A DNA stretch of 64,000 nucleotides, from assembly GCA_951406725.2 (NCBI GenBank), contig OX597829.1, positions 32,736,001 through 32,800,000 of the forward strand. The letters run 5' to 3'. A program made the position numbers and the translations under genes. Shown one piece after another: positions 1 through 15,355 of the stretch (the stretch's first letter is position 1; every line of letters starts with the position of its first letter). Under the pieces are notes generated by a model. The model was not told where the DNA came from. It saw nothing but the letters and a program-made list of their open reading frames with translations, and searched no databases. Source of the DNA: Octopus vulgaris. Lineage: Eukaryota.

Positions 1-1705
1 TGACTGTTTGGTATTTTTCCTTTAGTTGGTACTCCAGGTTCATTTTCCTGAGCGCCAAGTGCAGAGAACGAAAAGCAACGGAGATAAGCTATCACCCTGG
101 AAAATCCCTCTTCTGATATCCAGGGTGCCCAAGTTTTTTCCGTAAGATGTCAGTTCAATTTCCATCCCACCATACCTCTCTTCAAGAAACACATTGCATT
201 CCTCGCAATTCCAAACAAATCTAAGCACTCGATGATCTACGAATGTAGAATCATATCATAAGCTTTACGATAGTCAATCCAGGCCATTCCCAGATTTGTT
301 CTTCGTTTACAATCTTGCATTACCATTTTGTCTATCAATAGTTGATCTTTAGTACCTCTACATCTCCTACAACATTTTTGTTCCGGCGGATATATATCGT
401 TCTCATAAAGAAATTTATACAGTTCTTCTGCAATTTCTCCTGACAGTAACTTCCACATTAACGGGAGGCAGGGAATTGGTCTGTAATTGTCAGCAACATG
501 TCCCTTGATGCATCCTTCAGGCACAACACCATTTGTCCTTTTTTCAACCAGCCCGGGATTTTTTCTTTCCAATTAATCAATGCATTAAATTGTTCTGCAA
601 TCAATTTATGGCAACTGCTGAACTTTTTTATTCAAAAACCCTGTACACCATGAAGATCCTGCTGCTTTCCAATTACTTATCTTTTAACTCATATTTCTGA
701 TACTGTCTTCTGCGAAGTGGATAACCTCTTGCAGGGGATAAGAAGCTTTTTTGCTTCAGGCTGTAGAGCCATTCAGCTGTGGTATTATATAGTTCTTGCT
801 TATTCCATTTCTTACTCCAAAAAGTCGACTTTCATCAGTACTAGGGACTAGTCTTTCACGTTTTTTTTTTATCCTCATTAATCTCTCGATAAAATCTTTT
901 TTCGTCGGTTCTAAACAATTTGTTTTGCTGGTGTTGCTTAATCCGTTGTTCAAACTTAGTTAGCTTTGCCGTTTTTTTGTTTTTTTTTTGTATTTTTTTG
1001 TATGTATCCGCTGTTTCAGTTCTTCAGTTACAACATTCAGGCCTTTTGTATCTACACTATACTTCTTCCTAACTTATTCGAATTTCCATTCATTTTTAAG
1101 GTCTCCATTTCTTTTCCTGACAAATATTGACACTACACTGTTCAAAGAGTTTATATCTTCAGAAATTCTTTTCCACATTGGTATTTATTTCCGCTTCTAT
1201 CCGTCGCTGTTCTATTCTCAGTAGTTCTCAATCCCATCCGCCACAATCCTACATTCACCCTTGATGATATTATTTGTTTGTGTGATGTTCTTTGTTTCAA
1301 TGTGTCTCAGTACAATACTGACTTTATTCTTCTTTTGATTTAGTCTCCATTGGTTAGCCTTCTAATCTCAATTCTTTCACAATTAACGGTATTATATTCT
1401 TGTGAACAATTCTCCATCTTTTCCACTATACCACTTTCATTTATCGCATGCTCAACCTCACTCGATATCCTTCTTTTAATAGCTTCAAGCTCCAATTCTG
1501 TTAACCATCCATTCTTTCGTATTGCTCTTGCTTGGTCACATAATCTCTGTTCAGTAATTTCGAACAATTCCATTGCCTTCCATTCACTGTGCATTCGTTT
1601 TCTGTACCCTCTAACAAGCACCCCATTCGATTCCACTGGGGTGCTCCGATAGTAACACTCCATAACCATCATGTTTACTCCACCTGTGTCTTGTAGTATG
1701 GCTAT
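1..1705 (-). mobile_element. Decayed Dong/R4-like non-LTR retrotransposon (N-terminal domain and RT, frameshifted)
   Basis: ORF pieces VMECYYRS...GYRKRMHSEW...EQRLCDQARAIRKNGWLTELELE (1340-1708), [16 protein letters not shown]...[10 protein letters not shown]...[12 protein letters not shown] (237-572) and IRRGIFQGDSLSPLLFVLC (40-228). The 5' side abuts a (TTA/TTG)n tract. Confidence 0.9.
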
Positions 1706-1790
1706 CATTATTGTTATTATTAGTATTGTTGTTGTTGTTGTTGTTGTTTTTGTTGTTGTTGTTGTTATTATTATTATTATTATTATTATT

Positions 1791-2349
1791 AAGTGAGAGA
1801 GCAGTGCATCCCACCAAACTGAGACCGGGGGTAAAATATACGAAGCCCAGTATACCCATTGTGACTACCGGTCTAATAAGGGTACACTAGGCACATGCAT
1901 CACAACCTTATGTGCGCGACATGGTGATCTCATCTCAAGATAAACAGCACATGACCTTGCAGGTGGGGCCCAGTTAGAATTTTCTTCTGGTCGAATAACC
2001 CATCCCGCTCAAAAGATCCCTGTATAAGGGTTGTTTAAGGATGTTGAACGAAACACCCATGTTTCCAGAGGTGAATTATACAAACACCAAAGAATCCCTC
2101 TCAACACATGGCTATGATGCTCCCCCACTACTTCTGCTCGTGATCAGGGATGCACATATCGTCAGCCACTATGGTTCATGTTCAACTGGTTATGGTCAAA
2201 CAATTGACAAGCACATCTGTGGTATTGAGCAGAATATTTTCTGTAGCCCATCTTTTATACCAAGACAAAACATGATAACATGATAACACTTCCAATCAGT
2301 TAAGATCAGCAGCCACGAGAGCCACTGCCTGGTACTGCATCAGGGCACT
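1791..2349 (-). mobile_element. ~560-bp non-coding interspersed element embedded in (TTA)n (family TAA-560), full copy
   Basis: Near-identical to 27901-28458 and partial copies at 21858-22320, 22497-22780 and 24718-25038. Flanked by (TTA)n on both sides. Strand inferred from co-orientation with Dong/R4 copies. Confidence 0.85.
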
Positions 2350-2370
2350 ATTATTATTATTATCATTATC

Positions 2371-2423
<53 letters not shown>

Positions 2424-2431
2424 CATTATTA

Positions 2432-2475
<44 letters not shown>

Positions 2476-2477
<2 letters not shown>

Positions 2478-2682
2478 GGCGCGGTGACCTGGCACAATTA
2501 TTAGCACGCCGCGAGAAATGCTTAGTGCTATTTTGTCCGTCTTTACGTTCTGAGTAGAAATCCCGCCGAGGTCGACTTTGCCTTTTGTCCTCCCGGAGTC
2601 GATAAAACAATTCGCAGTTGATCACTGGAGTCGATGTAATCCCCTAAAACTTTCTGACTTTGTGCCACAATTTGAGACCAAT
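2476..2682 (+). mobile_element. tRNA-derived SINE family A, diverged copy
   Basis: Matches 3645-3877 (gttctgagt...cgccgaggtcgactttgcc...gtcgataaa). Confidence 0.8.
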
Positions 2683-2841
2683 ATTTTATTACTGCTAATA
2701 ATTATTGTGGCCAGCGGATTATGCTCATCGTAGGCACTCTCGCCTATGGCGCCTGGTCTCCCATCCGTAATACGGTTGCATAAGACACTGCAATTTTGAT
2801 AGATTTAGAAATTAAAGAACGCACTTTATACGCTGGTAAAG

Positions 2842-2876
<35 letters not shown>

Positions 2877-3644
2877 CTTTTTGGGAGAAATAGGGACAAC
2901 AAATCTCTTCATCTATGAATACATATACATACATTTTTAATCGGTTATCAAGTAATATGAATGACTCAAAAGCCAAAAGTTTCATTCATGGAACTAAACA
3001 ATTGAACAGATTAAAGTATGTGTGTGTGTATATATACATCCACATATATGTGTGCGCGTTTGTGTGCGCGCGAGTGTATACATACATGCTTACATCCATA
3101 TATTGAGACATTCATGCATGCATGCATCCATCCATCCATTAATACATACATACATACATACATACATACATACATACATACATACATACATACATACATA
3201 ATATTTAACGCAATCTTTTGACTGGGTGTAAAAAAAAAACTCAATATTGTTTAAAGTAAACGGAAATGTGAGATTATAATGTTCATATATTTCTCAAAGA
3301 GAATTTAACAACCCAGGGAAAGTGGACAATTTACTTTACTTTACAAGAGAAATTTGCCTTCGACTGTAAGTTGAAAGGCAAACTTAAGTGATGGCTATTG
3401 GTGAAGTGCACAGCCTCGTTTCCGCTATGAATCACCTGCCACTTAAGCGCGAAACAAATATTTGCGTTATCCTCCCTTTAACAAACAAAAACAGCAACAA
3501 AGGAGATCTCTATTTATCTAAGTATATAAACAAGCATAAGGTCGTAAGCCATCATAAGAAAATAATGATAATTCACTGTAAACATTTTAAACCAGAAATA
3601 AACTTTAAACTGTATCGGTCTGGTTAATTATATTGTCTCAAAAT

Positions 3645-3877
3645 AAGGCGGCGAGCTGGCAGAAACGTTAGCACGCCGGGCGAAATGCGTAGCCGTATTT
3701 CGCCTGCCGCTACGTTCTGAGTTCAAATTCCGCCGAGATCGACTTTGCCTTTCATCCTTTCGGGGTCGATAAATTAAGTAGCAGTTATGCACTGGCGTCG
3801 ATGTAATCGACTTAATCCGTTTGTCTGTCCTTGTTTGTCCCCTCCCTGTTTAGCCCCTTGTGGGTAGTAAAGAAATA
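3645..3877 (+). mobile_element. tRNA-derived SINE family A, full copy with 16-bp target-site duplication
   Basis: Head aaggcggcgagctggcagaaacg, B-box-like gagttcaaattcc, body gcctttcatcctttcggggtcgataaattaagta. Perfect TSD tatattgtctcaaaat at 3629-3644 and 3878-3893. Confidence 0.92.
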
Positions 3878-5230
3878 TATATTGTCTCAAAATCTGTTTC
3901 GCTGAAATGATCTCCAGTTTCTCATCCACGGTTCTGTTTGTTTGTTTTTTGTTTTGTTTTTTTCTTTTGTGGGGGGAGCAAAATTGATCCAACTCTGTGC
4001 GAAATGCCTTGCGGTAATTTAATTATGTATTCTTTATGCTCTGCGTTAAAATCCCTCTGGGGTAAACTTTACCTTTTATCCAATCTCTCCTCGGTCGTAA
4101 TGCAAGAATTTATATATGGAAGGTTATCAGTAAAATAGAGATAGGTGTAACTACTATATTTCTTACTTCACTTCAGCAATGAAGCCAATGAAAGGTTTTA
4201 AAACTTGTTTTCGTTGGAGTAGTGTCGGGTATTCGTATTTGGACACAATATCAAAACTGGACACACATATATTTCATAGAAACAAAAGTAACATCAGTAC
4301 TTTTGGGAATGAAAGGGTAGATAATTAGGCCAGTTTATGGGTTAGAGAATGATAAATGTTTTTCGTGATTCTGCAGGACATAATGAATTTCACACCGTAG
4401 ATGTATAAATTTAATATGAACAAAATTGTCGAGAAAATCGCGAGTCTAGAAAATATGGCGAAGCAAAGAAACAGCATCAGTCTCTCTCTTCCTTGCCTTT
4501 ATCAGAAATATATAATGATCTAACAGTGAAACTTCTATGTCGTAGCTCATTCTACAAGAAGGAACAATCAAATTTCGCTCAAATCTAACCCAGCAGTCTT
4601 AATCAAGGATAGATACATAGGGTAATGTAGTTCTGGATCATGGTTGGAATTCATATGAACATAGTATTCTTTAATGAAACACGATATGGTACAACACAAA
4701 AATAAACCAGTACATAAAAAATGTATAAGACAACCAAATATTGTATTGTGTACATGATTAAAACCAGAACAAGAATATGAGAATACCAATCCCTACCACC
4801 ACGCGCGCGCACACACCCACACACACATGGTTGCGTGAATGTATTAGCTAATCGAATGCTTTTCTTCTTGTTGAAACATTGGGAGATGATGAAATTTGCT
4901 TAACCATTGGAAAAAATCATATATCACAACAAATTTTTGGATAACTTAAAGTATGCAAAGAATAATTTATTTTATTACTTACATATTTGCATTAATATAC
5001 ACAGTCTCTTAAATCAATACAGATCTAATCTGGCGAGCGAAAAATCCGTGTTAAATGACAAAGTTTCTTGTATAGTACTATATATTTTATACGTTTTGTA
5101 GAACGATACATTAAAGAACTTTCTGGGGTTTTTTTTTATGAGTACCACCGAGTTAGTTGAATCCGTATATTGTAACTTAAATCAAGTTTAAATCAAGGTA
5201 CATCAACGTGTAGCGATATAGATTGATATA

Positions 5231-6406
<1,176 letters not shown>

Positions 6407-6749
6407 GCTTTTGAGTTGTATAAGAAGGCCTGACTGTCAATTCGTCATTGTTTATTTTTATTACGAAGAGAAAGACGGAAGATTTGCCACAGTCTGTTGC
6501 AAACCGAAACACGTACTACGTGTGTTAAGATGATCGACGAAAATAGACACAAATGTGATTCTATGCATGGTGTAAATGTTGGCCTTTTGAACATGTTTTG
6601 CTTCTAGGTTTCGCCAAGTTTTCTCAAACACCGTTCGGAGTATCTTTATAGGTTTGGCGACCAATTGAATAAAGAGCGAGGAATAGGTTTGACAAGTGAC
6701 AACGTACGAAATTCCTGGCCCTTAGGCCACTCAATAACTTTGCTTATCT

Positions 6750-7352
6750 AATTATTTATTGCCCAGAAGGGGCTAAACACAGATGGGACAAGCAAGGACA
6801 GACAGTGCGTAACTGGTACTTATTTAATCGACCCCGAAAGGATGACAGGCAAAGTCGACCTCGGTGGAATTTGAACTCAGAACGTAGCGGCAGACGGAAT
6901 ACCTATTTCTTTACTACTCACAAGGGGCTAAACACAGAGGGGACAAACTAGGACAGACAAACGGATTAAGTTGATTATATCGACCCCAGTGCGTAACTGG
7001 TACTTATTTAATCGACCCCGAAAGGATGAAATGCAACGTCGACCTCGGCGGAATTTGAACTCAGAACGTAGCGGCAGACGAAATACCGCTAAGCATTTCG
7101 CCTGGCATGCTAACGATTCTGCCAGTTCGCCGTCCTACTAACTTTACTTATTAATAACCATAATTCTTTCTGCTTTAGGTAAAAGGCCTGGAATTTTGGG
7201 GGCAGGAGCTAGTCGATTGTAGCGACCTCATTACTCAACTAGTATTCATTTGATCGTTCCGGAAAGGAGATGACGAACGCCTAAGTTGACCTCGGCGGAA
7301 TTTGAAGTTAAAACGTAAAGACGAAATGCCGGTAAGTATTTTGTCCAGCGCG
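6750..7352 (-). mobile_element. Tandem SINE family A copies (internally duplicated copy 6750-7136 and variant 7160-7352)
   Basis: Reverse complement of the family A body (cgaccccgaaaggatga...aaagtcgacctcggcggaatttgaactcagaacgtag). Near-TSD taactttgcttat / taactttacttat at 6735-6747 and 7139-7151. Confidence 0.88.
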
Positions 7353-7354
7353 TG

Positions 7355-7425
<71 letters not shown>

Positions 7426-7926
7426 TGTTTACATTATTAGAATTTAGAAACTTCGAGAGAACATGAAAAAAATCGTCTTTAAATGGTGAAATTCGAATTA
7501 GATAAATCTATAAATAATAGCGTACAACCTCCAGGATGGAAAAGTTAAAGGTATATAACACATGCGTCCTCCCATCTTTGCTATATGAAAGTGAGGCATG
7601 GGTTGTTTACCGTAGACAAGTCAGGCAATTGGAATGATTTCATCAATACTGTCTGAGAAAAAGTTTGGGGATAAACTGGGCATGCAAGCCATTATAATAC
7701 AGAAACACTTTGAATTGCTCCCATCCATTTTTGAAGCTTTGTTCTTAGCAGCAAGAATTGTAAGATGTTTGCATTATAAGAACCGAGAAACTTCGAAATC
7801 AAGAAACTTTCACCGAAGCTAGAAATAATAGAATATTGGGTTTAAGAAACTCTTTCAATTAAAAAACAATTGAACGATGAGTCTCTTTCGATTAAAAACA
7901 CTAGCCACTTCATTGTGTATCACGGG

Positions 7927-8610
7927 TCAATTTCTATGAGAATTTTGATGGCTCACCAGGTCTGCACGTCTCAAACACCTCTGCCCACAAACCACACACA
8001 TAAAAAAAATCAACACACTCTCACTTTCCACAGGTTCCCCCTTTCTAAGCCCCCCCCCCCTAATTCTCTCATACTTCACTCTCTCCCTTTCAAATCTTGA
8101 ACAACCATCATGCACTATCTTACTCCATCCATCACAGTCTTGTGCCCCCCTCTCCCAATTACCAGCTGAAATTCCTGTCTGTATTAGAGCATTTTTAAGG
8201 CAATCATTAAACCTTAGTTTGGGCCTATGCGCTGGTATCTTGCCGTCTTCCAGCTTACCATACAATAGCTGCTTGGGCAGTCTCTCATCACTCATCCTTA
8301 CCAAATGTCCCCCCACTTCAAACGTCTTTGCAAAATCATTGACTCTATACTTCTACTGCTACTCCGCTCAAGCACCTCCACATTACAAATGGCCATTTTC
8401 CAGTTTATCCCCAAACTTTTTCTCAGACAGTATTGATGAAATCATTCCAATTGCCTTACCTGTCTACGGTAAACAGCCCATGCCTCACTTTCATATAGCA
8501 AAGATGGAAGGACGCATGTGTTATATACCTTAACTTTCATTTGTGAAGATATATTACGTTGTTTGCATAGACGCCTATCAAGCCTACCAAAAGTACTACT
8601 AGCCCTGCTG
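7927..8610 (-). mobile_element. RTE/BovB-like LINE 3' fragment (post-RT region and C-terminal zinc finger)
   Basis: SRASSTFGRL...KVKVYNTCVLPSLLYESEAW, GHLVRMSDERLPKQLLYGKL...RPKLRFNDCLK and FMCVVCGQRCLRRADLVSHQNSH. Confidence 0.9.
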
Positions 8611-8837
8611 ATATATATATATATATATATATATGCATACATACACGCGTACACAAATATATATTGGCTGTAACTCGTGGTACTTCGGAGTGACATTTCT
8701 GTTTAGCCAATATAATGCAAAGTTAAAAATCAAAATCATCTCATAAAGCACACATTACTTACTTCACACTCATACAGAATACATTTCTAATACATCTATG
8801 TATATACATATTTATGTTTATGTATATGAATATGTAC

Positions 8838-8874
<37 letters not shown>

Positions 8875-8879
<5 letters not shown>

Positions 8880-9575
8880 GAAATAGGTTTCAAAGAGGAA
8901 AATAAACTACACATGGTAGATATATGGGGAAATTAAGAAGGTAAAAGCCAAAGTGCACATTGGATATAAAAAAAATAATGGCTTTTTTATGAAAAGCAAC
9001 GATAAATATATACAATTAGATTAACTGAGGTAGAATTAAGAGGAATAAAAATCATTATTTTGAATTGTTAAAGGGATTCAAAGTCATACCGGTTTCGTCA
9101 ATTGCTGTTCGCTGGCTTTCAATGTGCACCGATTACCAAACGGTGTCGGCTCTACTAGTCCTTGAGTAAAAAGATATGCAAGGGAGGTAAGTAGTTCAGG
9201 GAGTAGTGCAATTAGGGTTGATGTAATATGAATGGGGTATGGAATGTATGGGAGTTAGTGGTAAGGTTAGTAATGCTCTATATTGTGTTATGTGTTAATG
9301 TTGAGTTGTGTGTGATATTTATTGATGAAAATTGCTTTTTTATTCATTCTTTACTGAACTGAGGCGTTCTGTGAACATTGATATAAAGGGAAAATTTGGA
9401 AGTTAGGATTAAGGTTCCTAGCACACCTTTCTATGTGATCACTGACCTGTAACTGCATTGTGGGTAGCGGATTTGTTCTTTGTGAAGAGTTTTCTTCGAC
9501 GGAGTGACATTCTTGTTTGGCCAATATAATGATTACCGCACCCTAAGCAGTTAATGGGATAGATTAGGTTTTATC
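8875..9575 (-). mobile_element. Penelope-like element 3' remnant: GIY-YIG endonuclease fragment plus probable pseudo-LTR
   Basis: Manual minus-strand translation of ~9575-9300, with frameshifts: NLIY.I.C.GCGNHYIGQTRMSLRRR.TLHKEQI...VSDHIERC...NFQIFPLYQ. A degenerate HHR-like GAAAccggTA lies at 9084-9125. A short related piece is at ~8685-8720. Confidence 0.7.
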
Positions 9576-9592
9576 TTAAATATTTCACCGAA

Positions 9593-9627
<35 letters not shown>

Positions 9628-10264
9628 CACGTGTGTGTGTGTGTGTGTGTGTGTGCGTATTAGTATAGTTCGAACTAAATTTGAACTGGATGACAAATAA
9701 TCATTATTCAGAGTTTCATGTTTATTCTTGTGGAACGTAAGGAAAACTCTTATACTCCTTGGTTTTGGTTCTACAGCTGGATATGTCACGGTGTACGTAG
9801 AATAAGCAAAACGAAACAGGAGAGTTTGCTTATAAAATATTTAGTTACATCATCTTACGTACATTTCATTAACAACACACCGATTGCGTGTATGTATGTA
9901 TGTATGTATGTATGTATGTATGTATGTATGTATGTATGTATGTATGTATGTATGCACATATGTTCAGAGTTTAAATGACTCTCATTAGTGATCTGTAATA
10001 TTCATACTGGACTGCTAACAGTGTCGACTTCGACAACTGCCAGGTTTTGCAGTCGTTGTTATTCTTGTTGCTGTTGTGGTGGTGGTGGTGGTGGTGGTGG
10101 TGGTGGTGGTGGTGGTGGTGGTGTCGTTGTGGTAGTAGTAGCTGTTGCTGTTGTTGTTGTGATGGTGGTGGTGGTGGTGGGGTGGTGGGGTAGTGGTGGG
10201 GGGTACATAGACATAATTATTATGACGCTGACATCAACAAATGCAAATGGTCCCTACATATTTC

Positions 10265-10545
10265 TTCGACCCGCTAGAAATAGCATCCAAATATTCCTCA
10301 AACCACACTCTATGTCTCAAATGGAATAAATGAAACAAGAAAAATTAGGGGAAAGGATGCGGCTAAAACTCTTTGGTCTCAAGTGTTGTGCAGTCAGGAC
10401 TGACCTAAATATAAACAACGGTGGGGAAATGACACATTATACAAAACAAAATTTAGATACACTGTGTCTAAATAAAAGACAGGATGGTCGCAGCGAGAAC
10501 GTTTTCTGGACCAGAAGGAACCTGGAACTAAACAACAACAGTTTT
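10265..10545 (+). mobile_element. Diverged SINE-like repeat 3' portion with (AAC)n-type tail (family D)
   Basis: The motif gctagaaatagca.ccaaat...ctaaacaacaac recurs at ~34520-34570 (+), ~30050-30240 (-) and ~63870-63950 (-). Confidence 0.55.
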
Positions 10546-11429
10546 AGTAATAATACTGAAGCCAACAAGAATTTGTATTCAATGAATCAAATATATTTTT
10601 AGGAGTTGAGCTTTGTTGTAAAAGAAATTACACTTTAAAAAAACAAACAACAACAGCAACAAAAAAAAACAAAAACACGAACATCAATAACAACAAACTG
10701 GTATCTCAGATGTAAAGATTAGATATTTTCTCAAACTTTTTAACAGAATTTAAAGGATTCCTTATTGAAATTCACGCATCCGATTCGAAGATTCCAAAAA
10801 TTCTATAAAGTTGACGTTAGGAATTTTATCAGAAATAAATTCCGCGGATTCCAAAATGATATGTTAATACTACTACTACCAATAATAATTGTGTGTGTGT
10901 GTGTGTGTATGTGTTTGTGTGTATTTATACACACACATATATTATGAGGGTGAAACGAACAAAGAAATGAAGATAAAGCAATAAACAAGTAAGGAAAAAA
11001 TAGTGATAAGAAAAGATATATAAATCGAAGGCGGTGGGAGTGGGCGAATAAAAATGTGAAAAGTTGAGGTTGAGGAGGAGGAGGAGGAATATCCTTATTT
11101 GCCTCCTGTACGTCAAAATAGGACATAAACAAGATAGAGAAAAGGGGAAGCCTACAGCGATATGTGATGAAATGTAGAAGTGTTTACCATAAAAAAAATG
11201 CAACGCCTATGTGTGTGTGTGTATGTGCATGTGTGCATATATGTGTATGTGTGAATATGTAATATAGTGTATGAATATATTTACTCTAAAATAAAAACTT
11301 ATATACTACACATGCGCATATATGCATACAAACATACATAAATACACACACATGCGTACATATAAGCATACATACACATTCAAATATTTAATTTAAAAAA
11401 AAGAGAGATAAAGATAACGCGCATACATG

Positions 11430-11870
11430 AATTACAAACATATTTCTGAGTTTGAGTGCATATATATCAACAGGAGTAATATTAGTGGAACATTCTCAAC
11501 AAAACTCCTGCAAAATGCAAAACATAACAGGCTTGATATAGCTGTTTGGAACAGAGTAGAAAAGTTATGTACAGTTATAGAAATCAGCTGCCCTTTAGAT
11601 GTGAGAGATTTCCAACCCACCCACCCACCCTTAAATCAGTGAGAAAGATAACATTTAAAGACAACTGCTTTAGAAATTATAGCGTCCCTCCCAGATTATA
11701 GATTCACTTTTACATATATATAATTATCGTGGTACTTCCCTAATTAGAAAATATCTAGAAGGTAATCTCGTGAAGTTATGCTTTTCAGGCAAAGAAAATG
11801 ACCAACTGGTAGTACGTATCATATTTGCGGGCGTTTTAGACGCACTTTTAAAATTTTTTGAATTTATCAA
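11430..11870 (+). mobile_element. Dong/R4-like REL endonuclease remnant
   Basis: AKHNRLDIAVWNRVEKLCTVIEISCPLDV (RPD...D/E.xCP motif); same family as 36100-37382 and 42131-43080. Confidence 0.75.
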
Positions 11871-12548
11871 AACATTGTTCTGAGTTTAATGCGGCCGTAT
11901 TGCGAACAGGAAGCCGAGTGTTGCAGGCTAGGGAGCTAGATGAGCCCTACTCCACAAGGTACAAAATGATTGTTACTAATAATAATATATTGAAAACAAG
12001 TCAAGTATGTGGAGAGGTTAAACCATCTCATTATATCTCTTTCAACAGCATACATAACCCCCATCTTGTGTGTGCCTTATGTTGTTAAACACTTTTTAAT
12101 TATCTAAATGAAAATTCTAGAAGGATGATAGGAATATTGAACTTTCATCTGTCAGCTATTTCTAATGAGTGGATGACAACAAAACTCTAGAGAGGTGCGT
12201 CACTCTGGCAACTGATCATTGTTACACAAAATACCAAAGCTAGAAAAATGAGTTTATATCCTGTATCACAATTCTCTTGGCCAAAATGTAAATAACTATA
12301 CAGTCAATCTGAAAGAAAAGAAAATTTTTAAATGGTACAAGCTTATGTATAATAAATTTATGGTTTCCTATTTTGGTCCAGTATGCTGTCACAACATTAT
12401 ATTTACATGCACAGAATTGTACATCGTCAGCCTACAAAACTACTTTAAAATTATCTCTTCCTTAAAATATACTTCTAAAATAAAGGCGCGTTTTGTAAAA
12501 GCGTCTTTTACACCGGTAAATAAGGTACTTGATAGGTATAATGATATG

Positions 12549-12928
12549 GCCATGGCCATTAGGGCAGCAGACTCGCGGTCGTAGGATCGCGGTTTCGATT
12601 CCCAGACCGGGCGTTGTGAGTGTTTATTGAGCGAAAACACCTAAAGCTCCACGAGGCTCCGGCAGGGGGTGGTGGTGATCCCTGCTGTACTCTTTCACCA
12701 CAACTCTCTCTCTCTCTCTCTCTTACTTCCTGTTTCTGTTGTACCTGTATTTCAAAGGGCCGGCCTTGTCACTCTCTGTGTCACGCTGAATATCCCCGAG
12801 AACTACGTTAAGGGTACACGTGTCTGTGGAGTGCTCAGCCACTTACACGTTAATTTCACGAGCAGGCTGTTCCGTTGATTCGGATTAACCGGAACCCTCG
12901 TCGTTGGAACCGACGGAGTGCTTCCATA
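12549..12928 (+). mobile_element. tRNA-derived SINE family C with 15-bp TSD
   Basis: tRNA-like head (ttagggcagcagactcgcggtc...ggtttcgattccc); body shared with 63474-63834 and 29815-30003. TSD aggtataatgatatg at 12534-12548 and 12929-12943. Confidence 0.92.
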
Positions 12929-14218
12929 AGGTATAATGATATGTAAGTACAATACAGTGTGTCGAAAATATACAAGGCTTTTCTTCAGTCAACTTGGATC
13001 TCTTCACTGTTGTTCGTAAATAAATTCCAGTGAAGGAAGTTTGTTTCATTGTAAGGAACCAGTTACTGTTTGGGTTTTCTTTTAATCGGAAAAATTTTAA
13101 TTATTTTTTAAAAATTGTAACATACATCCATAAATACATACATACGTAAATGGTTACATTTATACATGCCTACCTACATATAAATATAAGTTGATAGTTT
13201 CTCCGTCGGTCTCCTTGTGAGTTTTCGGTTGTTCAATCAACTTAATTTTTACTCAAATAATTAACGAATAAGTGGATGAATATTCCTTAAACATCATCAT
13301 TCCATAAAACATCAATACACGTGCGAGTGAAAAGAGAGGGGTGGTTTGGGTTATGCTAGAAACAACGGCGAAACCTCCCTTGAATTGTTCACCTTTTCCT
13401 CAGAAAATATTTACAATTTGTTTTGCTTTTGTTTTACCGAAAAGGCTCCTCCCATGGTTTTTAAGTTAAAAAAGAAAATGGCCAAAATCGGTCCAGAAAA
13501 TTATTGTAAGGCTTATAGTGTTCCAAACAGGAAATCATTTTAAAATTTGTTTTACAAAAATTATACGGGTATTTAAAAAAAATTCCATTCAATAAATAAT
13601 GTTTTTACATAACGTATACATCAATAGAATAAACTGTCAGTTCTCCAAATAGCGAATTAAAACTTGAAATGAAAACCACTGAAAGAGAAACTGAGAGACA
13701 TTGCAAGTAAAAATGGAATACTCCGCAGTGAATGTAATGAATATGAAGAATTGGACGCAGTGAGTGTAATGAATATTTAAATTTGCGAGAAATTGGAGTT
13801 AAAAAATTCAATAAACTTGATAAATCGAAATTATAGGAAATTTCTTAGAACATGAATTTCTAAAAGTATTTCCAGACGGTCAACCTTTTAATGATTGCTT
13901 TCTTTTAGTAATTTTAGTAACTGTTACATACCTAATTAATAAGCAGCTTTTGCCATTATAGTATAGATAGATATTAATATCGGTTTCAAATTTTGGTACA
14001 GAGCCAGCAATTTAGGGGAATAAGATAAGTCGATTACATCGACCTCTGTTTTCAACTGTTATTTATTTCATCGACCCCGAAATGATGGAAGGTAAAGTTA
14101 ACCACAGCGGAATTATATTAATATAGAAATATGTTGAGTTCTGAGTCTCTGAGCGACGGAAGTTCACTCCACCGTTGAATGACTAGAATTTGCTTACATA
14201 GGTGCAAATAGTTTTATA

Positions 14219-14685
14219 CAAAGTGTCCCAAAATTAACTATCCATTTCAGTGAAATCGGACAATTTTTTTTTAAAAACTCACTTTCATCTGTTTATCACG
14301 TTTAATATGTAAAAAGTTTATAATTTTTAAATTTTGTTTATATTTTTTATTTTTATAATTTTCTTTTATTATTTTATTTTCATTTCTGTTGGATCCCGCT
14401 TATCGGTCCATGACAGCTTCTCTTCAACTTGGCTTCAATCATTTCCTCTCTCTCCACCCCCAGGATGGAGCAATAGTGCAGGAGATAACTCCTGAAAAGC
14501 TTCAAAATGTGTTTCGCAATGCTAAGGATAACTTAGAATTTGCAGCGATACAGAAAGTTTTGATAAGATTTATAAATCTATTTGCTTTAGTATCTTAATT
14601 AAGTAACAAACTTAAAATTCTGTCATCTTTTTAAAAAAATTTGTCGGATTTCATTGAAATGGATAGTTAATTCTGGGACACTTTG
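14219..14685 (+). mobile_element. Tc1/mariner-type internally deleted transposon (MITE)
   Basis: ~55-bp TIRs caaagtgtcccaaaattaactatccatttcagtgaaatc / gatttcattgaaatggatagttaattctgggacactttg, with TA on both sides. Residual transposase C-terminus-like ITPEKLQNVFRNAKD. Confidence 0.88.
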
Positions 14686-15224
14686 TATTACTATACTTAT
14701 GCATTCACACATATTCACAGTTAGTTAATTCTATATGTCATCAATGTAGTAGATATATAAACATTTTCCCTGTCATCTGAAATTTATACACATGCTGTTA
14801 CTTGACAAGAATTACTTGTTCAGCCTTGCACCACAGTGATACATACAACTGCATAAACATGCATATGAAAGAATAGAATCCGTGTACACAGGTCTAGATA
14901 GTTTTATATAATTACATTCCTCTATTCACAAGTATCGCAGCTAAAATTATGTGTAATCTATGTAAGTAGATGCACAAATATTTTTTCCTATCTTGCATCC
15001 GATATTAATATACATAATGATACTTGCCAGCAAGTATTTCTACAACCTGGAACTACAGAGATACATACAATTGCAAAGACATAGTGGCAATTAGAAATTT
15101 TTACAGTAGAAATTTTCATCAGAAAGAGGAGTATTCTCAATGTATTTAGACATTCAGTAGCCAATACCTGTGGACGAGCTTTGTATAGCATACTACAAGG
15201 ATTTTACCCAAATTTTATTCAATT

Positions 15225-15355
15225 TAGTGGTTAAAGCATCAGGTTCATAATCATGAGGTAGTAAGTTCGATTCCCGAACCGGGCTGCGTGTTGTATTCTT
15301 GATGAAGACACCTTATTTCATGTTGCTCCAGTTCACTCAGCTGTAAAAATTAGTT
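15225..15355 (+). mobile_element. tRNA-derived SINE head, truncated
   Basis: tagtggttaaagc (A-box-like) and agttcgattccc (B-box), followed by a CORE-like ttcttgatgaagacaccttatttca. Confidence 0.6.

Noticed and set aside
12180-12325. Minus-strand acceptor-like ttttctttcag followed by a hydrophobic, signal-peptide-like stretch
   Set aside because: No start codon in frame and an early stop; unsupported.
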